DNA of 64,000 nt from an uncultured candidate division Zixibacteria bacterium (GTDB taxonomy: Bacteria > Zixibacteria > MSB-5A5 > UBA10806 > 4484-95): positions 32,001 to 96,000 of the forward strand of contig CAXXKA010000004.1 in NCBI GenBank assembly GCA_963668625.2. The letters run 5' to 3'. Shown here piece by piece: positions 9,802 through 21,300 of the stretch; the first letter of the stretch is position 1, and each line of letters opens with the position of its first letter. The translations under genes were made by a program, and so were the position numbers. Below the pieces are notes generated by a model. It ran no database searches and was not told the origin of the DNA. It saw only the letters and a program-made list of their open reading frames with translations.

Positions 9802-11004
9802 ATGAAAAAACAACTGTTGTTGGCTATCAGTCTTATTGCAATCGCTATTAGTGTTTTGCAAGCGCAGGGAGTAAATGATGATACCCAACTAAAACCTTAT
9901 ATCGATGCATTGAAAACCGAGGGTAAAAACCCTTTCGAGTTCGTGCTCAAGAAATTCGATATTTACGACCTGCTTATTTTCGATGATGCTCTACACACGG
10001 CAGTTGAACCGTTCGATTTCTATCAGGAGCTTATCAAGAAACCGGCGTTCCATAATAAAGTTAAAAATATTTTTGTCGAGGTAATTCCTATCAGCAAACA
10101 GGCCGCTGTCGATGATTACCTCCGGACGGTACCGGAAAATGTCGAACTACTCTACCCCGCTTTCCAGAACGATCTCAACGCCGAGGGTTGGCCGTATAAA
10201 ACCTATTTCGATTTGCTTCACACTATCTACACGGTCAACCAAACATTGCCGGATGATGAGAAACTGAATGTAATAGGTGTCGCCAGCCCCACCTACTGGT
10301 ATGAGATCAAAAACTCGCGTGAATTGAAGCAATTCAGGAAGTCGCTTCGAGCCTTCGACTATATGATGTATATAACAATCGCCGATCAGATGGAGAATTT
10401 CAACAGCGACAAAAAAGCTATATTCCTGACAAATACCCGTCACGCCTACAAGGGTATTAAAACCAGCAGCGGCAACTACTACTGGAATGTCGGGACATTT
10501 CTGAATCAATGGCACCCCGGCAAAACGTACTCGGTGCATTTTCATTCGCTGTATTTGTTTATCGATCGGAACTACCAGATGAAATTTGACCGTATCGCTG
10601 ATGGTATCTGGGATTACGCTTTTAAGACCAACGGTAACGTGCCAATCGCCATACCTCTTAAAAACAACGCCTTCGGCAATGAAAGCTATATTGGAAATCT
10701 TATGCTGAATGTAGCACCCGGCCAAACCATGTATGATGCTTACGATGCCTTGATCTTTTTAGCGCCTGTTGAGACATTACATAAAACCGCAATGGTTGAT
10801 TTTATCTACACAGATGATTTCAAGAAAGAGCTTCAGAGACGGGCTGGTTATTTATATACTGAGGATGAGATAAGTGCCATGCTCAGCAAATACGGTTCGA
10901 AAAACATAGCAGAGCTAATTGATGCCTTTACCGTATATCAAGCGAAGGTACTTATGCCGCAGGCGCAGTCTATCAGCCCTATTGATGCGTGGAAAAATAA
11001 ATAG
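9802..11004 (+). CDS. Secreted hypothetical protein, possibly EreA/ChaN-like fold
   Basis: Signal peptide MKKQLLLA...LQA; DDALH, FVEV, NTRHAY and YDALIFL are reminiscent of the ChaN/EreA superfamily (weak). Confidence 0.6.
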   Translation: MKKQLLLAISLIAIAISVLQAQGVNDDTQLKPYIDALKTEGKNPFEFVLKKFDIYDLLIFDDALHTAVEPFDFYQELIKKPAFHNKVKNIFVEVIPISKQAAVDDYLRTVPENVELLYPAFQNDLNAEGWPYKTYFDLLHTIYTVNQTLPDDEKLNVIGVASPTYWYEIKNSRELKQFRKSLRAFDYMMYITIADQMENFNSDKKAIFLTNTRHAYKGIKTSSGNYYWNVGTFLNQWHPGKTYSVHFHSLYLFIDRNYQMKFDRIADGIWDYAFKTNGNVPIAIPLKNNAFGNESYIGNLMLNVAPGQTMYDAYDALIFLAPVETLHKTAMVDFIYTDDFKKELQRRAGYLYTEDEISAMLSKYGSKNIAELIDAFTVYQAKVLMPQAQSISPIDAWKNK

Positions 11005-11289
11005 TATCGATTTGCCTGTTGTTAGAAATCCTCGCTGGCATATTTGATAGTCAATAACAAATTAAGTATCAACACTGAGAGCCGCCCATACTTTGTGGCT
11101 GGCACGTGCCCTGAGACTGCCAGCCAAAGTATATCCTCATGGGGCCCCGGTGACGCCTTACCCGCCCTCAAAGGAGTCCTTGCCTGCAAATTAGCCCAAT
11201 CTAAATAATTGAATTAGAGCGGCCGCGGAACATTAAACCTGCCTTTGTTGTTGACTTATAATACTTTAATTAAAACGGAGGATTATGAG

Positions 11290-11493
11290 ATGATGAAGAA
11301 TATCGGATCGATCGATCGAATCATTCGGATCGTATTAGGCTTAGCTGTGATATCGCTTGTATTCTGGGGTCCTAAATCATACTGGGGACTATTAGGTTTA
11401 ATACCGCTGGGCACCGCTCTTTTCGGTTGGTGTCCACCCTATTCACTGCTGGGAATTTCCACCTATAAGATGAAGACCGAGAAACCGGCTTAA
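11290..11493 (+). CDS. DUF2892 (YgaP-like) membrane protein
   Basis: KNIGSIDRIIR...GWCPPYSLLGIST signature. Confidence 0.9.
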   Translation: MMKNIGSIDRIIRIVLGLAVISLVFWGPKSYWGLLGLIPLGTALFGWCPPYSLLGISTYKMKTEKPA

Positions 11494-11620
11494 GTAGATT
11501 AATTTATTACAACGGTATACAAATACTTATAGCAACTTTGTCGGGTTTCCTAGACTCTGTTAGAATACACTTACTTTAAAACTCTATTTTTATCTCTTGT
11601 TACGATATACGGCAATATCT

Positions 11621-11862
11621 CTCGTTGCGAAGCGTTGCTTCGTAATGATGCTGAGTGTGGCAGAGAAATACATTTCTGCCACCGCAAACAAGGTTCCAAA
11701 GCGGCGCTTTGGAACCAGAGTGAGGGAGTATGACGCTTTGGAATAAGTTTGAAACTCTTCCCCCTCGTTACGAAGCGCTGCTTCGTAATGATGCTGAATG
11801 TGGCTGAGATGTACATTTCTGCCACCGCAGACAAGGTTCCAAAGCGGCGCTTTGGAACCAGA
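11621..11862 (+). repeat. Two tandem REP doublets (REPINs) left of the RAYT
   Basis: ctcgttacgaagc-gct-gcttcgtaa hairpin, central gtggcagaga..ttctgccac hairpin, ggttccaaagc-ggc-gctttggaacc hairpin; about 143-bp period. Confidence 0.92.
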
Positions 11863-11959
11863 GGGTGCGGTTGAATTAGCTTCTAGCCATTTTCAACTTG
11901 AATTATTATTCCAGAATCGATACATTAAACATAATGTAAATCGTTTTGGTTGATATGCG

Positions 11960-12490
11960 ATGAGATCAAGATATAAAGTATTTTCAGATAATAAGACTTA
12001 TTTTATTACATCATCAATAGTTAAATGGATACCATTATTTAATGAGGTAGTATTCAAGGAATTAATTGTTAATTCTTTAAAATATAGAATTGATAAGAAG
12101 CAGTTAGAATTGCACGCATACGTGATTATGCCTAATCACATTCATCTAATTATTTCATCAGAAAATGTCGCGAAGTTTATGAAGGATTTTAAAAGTTATA
12201 CAGCAAGGCAAGTTATAGATTCTTTAAAATATCAAAAACGAATAGCAATGTTAAAAAGATTTTCATGTTTTAAGAAAAGCTATAAGAAAGAATCGACTTT
12301 TCAGGTATGGCAGGAAGGATATCATCCAGAAATGATAATCAATCAGGATATGTTTAATCAAAAAACAGAGTATATACATAGTAATCCGGTTAGAGCTGGA
12401 TTAATTGAACAAGCTGAAGATTGGAAGTATTCAAGTCTTTCTAATTATATTGATGATAGCGGATTACTTCCGATTGTGAAGATTTATTAA
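11960..12490 (+). CDS. REP-associated tyrosine transposase (RAYT, HUH Y1)
   Basis: YFITSS, AYVIMPNHIHLI (HUH), FKSYTA, VWQEGYH, YIHSNPVRAGL, WKYSS; very AT-rich; flanked by REPs. Confidence 0.93.
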   Translation: MRSRYKVFSDNKTYFITSSIVKWIPLFNEVVFKELIVNSLKYRIDKKQLELHAYVIMPNHIHLIISSENVAKFMKDFKSYTARQVIDSLKYQKRIAMLKRFSCFKKSYKKESTFQVWQEGYHPEMIINQDMFNQKTEYIHSNPVRAGLIEQAEDWKYSSLSNYIDDSGLLPIVKIY

Positions 12491-12504
12491 CATAGCCTCC
12501 CCCC

Positions 12505-12772
12505 CTCGTTACGAAGCGCTGCTTCGTAACGCTGTTGAATGTGACAGAGAAATACATTTTTGCCACCGCAAACAAGGTTCCAAAGCGGCGCTTTGGAACC
12601 AGAGTGAGGGAGTATGACGCTTTGGAATAAGTTTGAAACTCTCCCCCCTCGTTACGAAGCGCTGCTTCGTAACGCTGTTGAATGTGGCAGAGAAATACAT
12701 TTTTGCCACCGCAAGCGGGATTCCAAAGCAGCGCTTTGGAATCAGTGCGTGGTTGTAGCGATTTGGAATCAG
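12505..12772 (+). repeat. Two tandem REP doublets (REPINs) right of the RAYT
   Basis: Same units and orientation as 11621-11862. Confidence 0.92.
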
Positions 12773-12785
12773 AGAAGCAGTGCTC

Positions 12786-15047
12786 TTACCCCATCGCCCT
12801 CAACAACACCGCCGCCGATATCTTCCCCTTCTCCCCCACCTCCAGCATCGGGCCTACGCAGGAGGGGCAGCCTGACTCGCAGGGGCATTTGCTCAGGTAG
12901 TCCGAGGCCGCGTGGATGATCTCCTCGTACATCAGGTAGATTTTGCGGGAGAAACCTACTCCGCCGGGGTAGCTGTCGTAGATATAGATCGTGGGCAGCT
13001 CCTGATGCGGCGATTTCACCATCGACACGGAACGTATATCCGAGGGATCGGACATTATCCATAGCGGCACTATCTGCCTCAATAGATGCGCGCATCCGCG
13101 AAGACCGCCGCCGAGCTGCTCTTTGGTCAGGTTCAGCGATTCGGTCAACTGCTCGGGCAGGCTTACCCAGAACGAGGTCGTGTGCACGGTTTGCTCGGGA
13201 AGGTTAACCCGTCCCCAGCCGACATTCTCATGCGTGTTGAACCGTATTTTCTTGTAGTTGACCACGACCCGGGTGACCGCGACATCCCCCCAACCGCGTA
13301 TGATGCCCGATTCGGACTCGCCATCTGTATGCAATGTCTTGATCGATACTTTCGATTCCGAGTCGGTGAAATATTCGACCTCGACAGGCACGGCATAAGC
13401 TCGTTTGCCCTCCCAGTCCAGCTCTGTTATCTGGTATTGACGGGTCTGGTGAAGGTATATCGCCTCGGGATGTATCAGTTCGGGCGCGGTGAACTCATCG
13501 ATCTCGCCGATAATGCGGCCATGATCGTTTTTATCCATTATAACGAAATTTTCCGGCGAGGCCGAACGTAGCGAGATATCGGTGGCCGGGTAGGTCTCCG
13601 AGGTGTAATGGAACTGATCGTTGGAGCGATGCACCAGCCGCTCGGTAGCCAGATGTTCCATTATCTGCTCGATAGGTGCGGCCCCGAATTTCTCATCGAC
13701 TTTAACCGGCAGCTCGAACGCGGCGCACTTGAGATGCGACACCATCAGGATGAGATTATCCGGATCGATTATCCCCGACTCGGGAGTTTTGCCGAAAAAA
13801 TACTCCGGGTGATTCATTAAAAATTGATCGAGTGGCGCTGAGGATGCTACCAGTATCGCCAGCGAGATATCGTTTTTCCGTCCGGCTCTGCCCGCCTGCT
13901 GCCAGGTCGAGGCGACAGCGCCGGGATAGCCGGCCATGATCGAGACATCCAGCCCGCCGATATCGATACCCAGCTCGAGCGCGTTGGTGGAGATCACGCC
14001 CTTAATCGTGCCATCCCGCAGACCGCGCTCTATAGCTCGCCGCTCGTTAGGCAGGTACCCCCCGCGATAACCGCAGATCAATTTCGGCGAGAGCTTCCGG
14101 GCCGACATCTGATCCTTGATATAGCGAGTCAGCACTTCTACTCTCACCCGCGAACGGGCAAACGTGATCGTTTGAATACCGTTTGTCACGAACTGCGTAG
14201 CCAGCCGGGCGGCCTCTTTAATTACGGAGGCGCGTATGCCAAGCTGGGTGTTCACCACCGGCGGATTGTACAACACGAAATGTTTCTCACCGGTTGGAGC
14301 CCCGCTTTTATCGATTAGCTCCATCTTGCGACCGGTGATTTTCTCGGCCAGCTCATCGGGATTGCCAATAGTTGCCGAGCAGCAGATAAACTGCGGGTTC
14401 GAGCCATAGAACTCGCATAACCGTCGCAAACGCCTGAGTACGTTAGCCAGATGTGACCCGAATACGCCCCGGTAATGGTGAAGCTCATCGATTACGATAT
14501 AGCGTAGTTTCTCGAACAGCTTGATCCAGAGCGTGTGATGCGGCAATACTCCGGCGTGAAGCATATCCGGGTTGGTAACCACGATATGCCCGGCTTTGCG
14601 GATCGCGGAGCGCGCCGATGACGGCGTATCGCCATCGAAAGTGTATGTTTTAATATCAACATCAAGCGCCTCCACCTGGCCGTAGAGCTCGTTTACCTGA
14701 TCGGAGGAAAGCGCTTTTGTTGGGAAAAGATATAACGCCCGCGCCTCCGGATCATCCTTTAAAAGCGTGTTCAACACCGGCAAATTGTAGCACATCGACT
14801 TACCCGAGGCAGTTGGCGTAACCACCACGAAATCTTTACCCTGCTCGGCCAGCTCGAATGCCTCCACCTGATGGCTAAAGAGCCTATAGATATTCTTATT
14901 CTCGAGAATGCTAATCAGCCTTTTATCGAGTCCGGCAGGGAACGGTTTATAGCTCCCCTCAGTTGCCGGAAAAGTCTGCCATTTGATTATATTTCTGTTG
15001 TATCTCTGATCGCTTTTTAGCTGATCGATCGCCTGTCTCAAGTTCAT
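12786..15047 (-). CDS. DEAD/DEAH-box helicase with C-terminal DUF1998 (MrfA/YprA/Hrq1-like)
   Basis: TPTASGKS, DELHHYRGVFGSH, SATIGNP, TNALELGIDIG, QQAGRAGR, YDSYPGGVG and CPCESGCPSC. Confidence 0.92.
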   Translation of the reverse strand: MNLRQAIDQLKSDQRYNRNIIKWQTFPATEGSYKPFPAGLDKRLISILENKNIYRLFSHQVEAFELAEQGKDFVVVTPTASGKSMCYNLPVLNTLLKDDPEARALYLFPTKALSSDQVNELYGQVEALDVDIKTYTFDGDTPSSARSAIRKAGHIVVTNPDMLHAGVLPHHTLWIKLFEKLRYIVIDELHHYRGVFGSHLANVLRRLRRLCEFYGSNPQFICCSATIGNPDELAEKITGRKMELIDKSGAPTGEKHFVLYNPPVVNTQLGIRASVIKEAARLATQFVTNGIQTITFARSRVRVEVLTRYIKDQMSARKLSPKLICGYRGGYLPNERRAIERGLRDGTIKGVISTNALELGIDIGGLDVSIMAGYPGAVASTWQQAGRAGRKNDISLAILVASSAPLDQFLMNHPEYFFGKTPESGIIDPDNLILMVSHLKCAAFELPVKVDEKFGAAPIEQIMEHLATERLVHRSNDQFHYTSETYPATDISLRSASPENFVIMDKNDHGRIIGEIDEFTAPELIHPEAIYLHQTRQYQITELDWEGKRAYAVPVEVEYFTDSESKVSIKTLHTDGESESGIIRGWGDVAVTRVVVNYKKIRFNTHENVGWGRVNLPEQTVHTTSFWVSLPEQLTESLNLTKEQLGGGLRGCAHLLRQIVPLWIMSDPSDIRSVSMVKSPHQELPTIYIYDSYPGGVGFSRKIYLMYEEIIHAASDYLSKCPCESGCPSCVGPMLEVGEKGKISAAVLLRAMG

Positions 15048-15647
15048 TATTTTATCTCCGAGTTATTACATACTGCTCATATGGGTAGTATATATTCAAA
15101 AAGTCTACTGATGGTCAAGAAATAAAAGTCAGCAATTTTAATATGACAAAAACAGCTTATAATATAGATGGGTAGATTTATCGAAAAAGTGCTTGACTAT
15201 GACTTATTGGATGTACTAAATTTTAGAAGCTTTGAGACTCGTTGGTCACACATCAATAATTAAATAAACATTAAATAACTATCACCATTGAATAAGAATC
15301 GATGCTGGTCTATGGCATTAGAATCGAATTTCAGCAATGAAATCCTCTAGTTAAGAACATAAAGGATTCATTGAAGTAAAGTTATAAAATTCATTCTAAA
15401 TGGAAATCAGGGTATTACAATAAAGCGATCTGCAGCTCACTTTGTTGTGATAATATTGATTATTGCGACTACTTGCATGCTTGTATTTAATTTTCGGTAA
15501 TGGAGGTAAACGCTATTATTCGCCATGTTTTATCCACTCTAAGTTTGGAGTAAGACAATTAGGTGAAGCGAGAATTATTTCACAGGCAGAAATTAGGGAG
15601 TAACAATTAGCTAAAATTCTACCTAGAAATTTGACAAGGAGTATAAA

Positions 15648-17270
15648 ATGAATGCAAACAATATTCGATATAGTAAGCTGGTGTTTTTAATTATTCTCTG
15701 CGCCTTCACACTTCTTGCAAAACCTGCTCTTAGCGTAAATAGGCCTGAAGTGACAATTACATTTCCATCCAAAGATCCCTGCCTCATATCACAAACTTGT
15801 GATGACCCCCACGATGATTGTATATTTAACCTTACAGTAACATTCGCATTTGATAGTAAAGACGCAGGCCAAAATGTCACAAAAGCTGAGTACCGTACTA
15901 ATGTCGGAGATCCATGGGTTAACATAACCGGCAACTGCGGCCAATTGCCCAATGTATCCGGCAATTGTACATTTAATTTCCAAAGGAACGTAAGTTGCCC
16001 GGGTACAGATAAATTTGACTTTGAAGTTAGAATTACTGATGCTGATGGAACGGATAAAGAGGAGATTACTTTCAAATTGTCATGTATAGAAGAGGAAAAA
16101 CAAGTAGGAATGACACCGGGCTTTCCACCGGGATGCCTGCCTTACTCGAATAACGAACGAGTTGTCACTTGTGCTTATAACCTTATCAACACCGACTCAC
16201 TAGATCATACATACCAGGTATTTTTCTCTCAATCCCTAGATTGGCTTACGATACCATTACCATTCCCCTATGTTACTTTAGCTGAAGACCAAGATACAAC
16301 ACTGTATTTTGATGTGATAATACCGGGAGGCACTATAATTGGGACAGAAAACGCTTTCTATTTTACGGCGGTAGATGTTAGCGATGAAGCTACGATGAAT
16401 TCAGATACATCGTATATATCTATTTGCAATGAGATCCCATCCCCCCCTGAACTGGTATTCTATGTTTCTCAACCCGGCGATAGTGTTGATATCATGGCGC
16501 CTCTGCATCCTGATACCTTATGTGAATATGAAGAGGTCGAAGATGTGGACAGCTGCTATTCGATTGGTCCCTGCTGCACTATGGTCATTCACTGGCTTTC
16601 CGGCCCTGATTCTTGCACTTACACAATAGCTCACATTACAGATGTTATCACTGTAAACCGTGTTGGCGAAGCTGATTCGGAACCGGTAGGCAAATATAAT
16701 ATTTGCGACTCTATTTATTACCACTTTAAAAGTGGCCCGGACTCCTGTCAGACATTTCGCTATCATGTTGAAGCAATTGGCCATATTGAGTTCCCTGATC
16801 AGGTTTTTTGCCGTAGTGTAATTCTACTTAGGTTTGACCCGATACCTGGCGCTTGCTGCCTTGATGATGTCTGTGAATTAACCACAACGGATTTCGGTTG
16901 CAACAGTATTGGCGGTAACTGGTCCGAGGGTGAAACCTGCCCAGAATTCGATTGCTTGGCCAACTATGAATACCTCCCCGGTGATGCCAACATGTATGCC
17001 GGACAGTGGCCACCAATTGTGATCGGCGCGGATGTAACCTACCTGGTTAACTACTTCCGAGGAATATCCTTCCCCTGCATATTGGATGGTTTCTATGCTT
17101 CAGGGGATGCTAACGGTGATTGCGCAGTAATCGGCTCTGACGTTACATATCTGGTACAGTATTTCCGAGGCGCTAATACGATTCGATATTGCCCCGATTA
17201 CCAGCCGGCATGGCCTTCTCCCAGTGATCTGCCTCCGAGTGCGCCATCAGGTTGGCCGAACTGCGAATAG
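15648..17270 (+). CDS. Cys-rich secreted protein with C-terminal dockerin-like duplicated domain
   Basis: RBS aaggag; signal peptide; GACC motif; tail PGDANM..VIGADVTYLVNYFRG...GDANGDC.VIGSDVTYLVQYFRG...GWPNCE. Confidence 0.8.
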   Translation: MNANNIRYSKLVFLIILCAFTLLAKPALSVNRPEVTITFPSKDPCLISQTCDDPHDDCIFNLTVTFAFDSKDAGQNVTKAEYRTNVGDPWVNITGNCGQLPNVSGNCTFNFQRNVSCPGTDKFDFEVRITDADGTDKEEITFKLSCIEEEKQVGMTPGFPPGCLPYSNNERVVTCAYNLINTDSLDHTYQVFFSQSLDWLTIPLPFPYVTLAEDQDTTLYFDVIIPGGTIIGTENAFYFTAVDVSDEATMNSDTSYISICNEIPSPPELVFYVSQPGDSVDIMAPLHPDTLCEYEEVEDVDSCYSIGPCCTMVIHWLSGPDSCTYTIAHITDVITVNRVGEADSEPVGKYNICDSIYYHFKSGPDSCQTFRYHVEAIGHIEFPDQVFCRSVILLRFDPIPGACCLDDVCELTTTDFGCNSIGGNWSEGETCPEFDCLANYEYLPGDANMYAGQWPPIVIGADVTYLVNYFRGISFPCILDGFYASGDANGDCAVIGSDVTYLVQYFRGANTIRYCPDYQPAWPSPSDLPPSAPSGWPNCE

Positions 17271-17298
17271 CAACCGTTTACATCTGTTAATCATACTG

Positions 17299-17324
17299 CC
17301 AGGGTATCATTTTCGATACCCTGG
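17299..17324 (+). terminator. Hairpin/possible terminator
   Basis: ccagggtatc-attttc-gataccctgg directly after the gene; weak T-tail. Confidence 0.4.
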
Positions 17325-17772
17325 TAATTGCAAACTTGTATCTCAACCGAACATATTCACGTGAATATTGAATTGGATTGAGCTAAACAAAAATATTAGG
17401 AAGCTGTATTAAAACAAAGTTTTTCAAATACAAATCAGCTTAGTATTCGCATAAAAACGTATTGATCAGGAGGATATTCAATACTTTTCAGTAGATTTTC
17501 TTTTGTGGGGCAAGGAGTAATTGGAAAAACAATGGAAATCAAATCTCAATCTCTTCGTAGTATAAATAAACGCTCTCAAGAACTATTAATGTGCTTTGTG
17601 TTTATTATATTTTTCTCACCCTTTAGTATTACGCACCGGTCTGGCTTACTCCGGATGATCTACCATCGACTGCGCCGACAGGTTGGCTAAACTACGACAT
17701 TCAGATATCAAGGTAGCAGATCGTAGTCATACAACACCTATTGTATCGAGTAATAGTGCAGCTAAATTTTAC

Positions 17773-17801
17773 TTGACAAGATAATAACTCTGTGCTATTT
17801 T
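17773..17801 (+). promoter_or_regulatory. Sigma70-like promoter about 580 nt upstream of the large surface protein gene
   Basis: TTGACA-17nt-TATTTT. Confidence 0.5.
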
Positions 17802-18383
17802 TAATTAGTTTGAGTAAATATGTTTAAAGATTAATAAAGCTATTTGCTTTAGCTATCGCCTCCACAGGGCATTCTGGTACGTTGTTGGCAACAGGAGGAA
17901 TCATTTTTCATAAGATTAAATACTTTAAGAGTACAAAGTTGTTATGATTGATATATAGTTGAATAAAATGCTTTTAAGCTTCTTTAATAGAATCTTTTAA
18001 GATCAGGAAAAGGTTTTTCAGGTAATTGGAAGGGTAAACACTTAGGAAAGGTAAAGATTGGAGGAATTAGGTTAGCAGTTTTTAAAAGATCTTCTCGATT
18101 CGCCGCAGGATCGCGGTGAGGTCAATTTACTTACAAATTCTTTGCGTTAGAGGTGCTGTTTTAGGATAGCGTCCCACGTGGTATTGGGTTGGGAACCTGG
18201 CAACATTTGATCGACATTACTATATCCTTTCTCCTTACGGGTGGGTTGTTATGTTAAACAGTGCTTAAGATTTAGGAGTTTGCGTAACTGAATCAATTAA
18301 CCGTAATAAATCGGAAATCAGGAAAAGGTAATCAGGATTATTGAAGTGAAAAAATATCTCCAACAGTATTTATGGAGGAAAGA

Positions 18384-21300
18384 ATGAAGAAAAGCACTTT
18401 TGTAGCAGTACTCTGCTTTGTAATCTTTGGCACTTTTTCGGTTTGGGCAGGCATTTCAACCTCGAATATTGCCGACCAGAGCGTAGCTCAACTTCCGGCC
18501 CAGTCTGATTTACAGGCCAAGATTGCTCTTTACGGAAATGATTCATATCAGCCATTAAGATTAGATACCGAGGTCACCGGTGACGACTGCAGCGATCCTT
18601 TCGTAATCACTGCTTTCCCTTACCAGGATACTCAGGATAATACTGGTTTCGCAGATGACTATAATTACAACAGCAGCTTATCCGGCCCGGATGTTGTATA
18701 TGAATTTACACTAACTGAATGCAAAGACGTTACTATCTCGCTCTGTAATTCGCCGGATAATACAATGGATTTGGCCGTTGCACTATATGGCCCGAGCGAC
18801 TGCGGCGGCACGGCAATCGGTTTCGATGATGATGCCTGTGTTGCCCCGGATTTTGGTACACCTGAATTAGCAGCCAGGCTCGAGGCCGGTACCTACCATT
18901 TCATCATCGATGCTTATGATGGATTCCTGGGCACTTACGTTGTCGATGTCACAGTCGAGGACTGCCCGGCTCCCCCGGCTTATGATGAATGCACTGACGT
19001 TACCCCGTCAGACTCCGTTCTGGCTATCGGCAGCAGCTTGAATTATGTTGGCGATAATACCGGTGCTACTGCCGAGGGTAACTGCGATTCACTCAGCACA
19101 GAATCCTCCTGGATCGGTTTTTCGACCACGGAATTATCTGATGTTAAAATCGAGTTCTGCGGTACGGATCCGGTTCGTCAGGGCTACTATCGCGTGCTTT
19201 CCGCGTATTGTCCTTGCGACGGCAATAATTTCTATTTTGCCTCCGATGAGAACTATACCGACTGTGCCGATGAAAACCCGACTCTCTATTTCAGCCGTCT
19301 CCCTGCCGGTGACTGGTGGTTCCCGGTTATAGCCGGCCCTACTCTCGAGGGTCCGTACGATATTACCGTCACGGCATCCACTCCCGGTGGTTATTGCGAT
19401 TACACCTGTGACGGCGGCGCGACTCCTGAAGGCGAAGTCTGCGGCGATGACGATAACGGCGGCTGCAACTCCGAGCCTCCGGCGTTCGGTTCGATTAGCT
19501 GCGGCGAACACATTTGTGGTGAGCTCTGGGCCGATGGTACCTCTCGTGATACCGACTGGTTCGCATTCACACCGGCTACCGACACGTTCATTACCTGGAG
19601 CGCGGCGGGCTCAATGCCGATTGCGCTTATTCTTATCGATTACACTGTCGGTTGCGATACTTCAGAAACTGAATATCTCGGCGGTGGCGGTGCCGCGGAA
19701 TGCGATACTATCAGCTTAACCGCTTTCGTGGAAGCCGGTCATAATATCGCCTGCTTCATTTCAACAGATGATATCTATAGTGGTTATCCCTGCGAGGATG
19801 GCCCGTTCTACTATGAGGCATGGTTGACCTGCGAGGTCTTTGAAGCCCCGGAAAACGACAACTGCGTAGACGCCATCGAAATTGGCGAGGTTACCGAATA
19901 TGCCTGGACTAACCTGGGCGCGACTACCGATAACAACGGTACCTGCGGTACCGATCTTCAGGCGGATGTCTGGTATCGTTACACGCCATCCTGCACCGGC
20001 GCGGCGACTCTTGATCTGTGCTTGCCTGAAAACGCCGGTTTTGACACGTATGTAGGTGTATTCACCGATGACTGTGTCGATCACGAATGTATCGTTTTCA
20101 GCGATGATGACTGCGGCGAAGGCGGCGGTCCGTCACAAGCTAGCTGGGATGTAGTGGCCGGTGAGCCGGTACTTCTCTGTCTCGGCGGCTGGGCAGGCAC
20201 TATGGGCGAAGGCCTATTTACGGTATCCTGCTCGCCTCCGGCTACTATCGACGTACAACCTACCTCTGTTTCCGGCGCTGCCGCCCCCGGCGGTGTTGAT
20301 ATGGAAGCTCTGACAGTTTCCAATACCGGTGACGGTACCCTGTACTGGGAAATCATCACATACCAGGATTTCCCGACAATGACCTCCAACTCGAATGGCG
20401 CCCCGATTGGCGAACGCTACTCGATCGACAACGATCTTCTCTCGGCCGAGAAAAATTTCTCATTGGTCGAAAAGGAAGCTTCGGCAGAGAAAAAAGAGGT
20501 TAACGAGAATAACCTGGTTAAGGGTTTACGCGCTGACCAGACCGGTGATTTCCCTGAACCACCTTCGATAACCGATTATTGCGAGATTCTGACAACCGGC
20601 GACGCCTACTATACGGGCGGCAATTGGTTCTCCGGCAGTGAAATGTACGCTGTCTATCAGAATCCCGAAGTTTGCGGCTACTCCCCGACTTATCCGTTCA
20701 CAGTTACCAGTTTGAGTTGGGCCCTGGCCAAGGATGACACCTCCGCCGCTACTGCCGAATATGTCTACTATCAACCTGTCATATTTGGCGCCGACTTGAC
20801 TAATCCATCCTGCCCGGTTCCCGACACGAGCGTATTACTCTATGCCGGTGCGCTTGACTCGGTATTTTTCGAGCCTGGTGATTACTTATGGATTGGCAAT
20901 AATATTTCTGCAGTCGTAAACGGGCCATATTTCATGGCAGTGATCTTCCCGTATACGCATAACTTCATAAGATTACCTCTCGAGCAAACCAATACCGGAA
21001 CCTGTTTATCTTATAACGAGTATGGCAGCGGTTGGATTGACTTAGGAGAGAATGCCTTTAATTTGAACCTGGCCAACTACTGGAGAACCGACGGCTTAAC
21101 CCCGACGGTATGCGATGTTGAATGTCCTGCAGGTGGTATAGCCGAGGCTGAGATTTGCGGCGATGAAAACAACAACGGTTGTAACATGGATCCCGCAACA
21201 TTCGAGACCATCAACTGCAATACTACGATTTGCGGTACTGGTTGGGCAACCGGTGGATTCAGAGATACCGACTGGTATGAATTTACGCTTACCGCACCTA

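Noticed and set aside
11095-11190. TPP riboswitch (ctgaga motif)
   Set aside because: Lacks the downstream gaacctgat/gcgtaggga core; fits a GTGG-type palindrome
11621-12772. CRISPR array
   Set aside because: The sequences between the palindromes are themselves repeated rather than unique, the period is about 143 bp, and no cas genes are present; a REP/RAYT locus fits
12786-15047. DISARM/Druantia-type defence system
   Set aside because: Stand-alone helicase-DUF1998 fusion of the MrfA/Hrq1 repair type; no partner defence genes adjacent
17875-17892. Sigma54 promoter (tggtacg-ttgt-tggc)
   Set aside because: Imperfect match to TGGCACG-N4-TTGC with no supporting activator evidence
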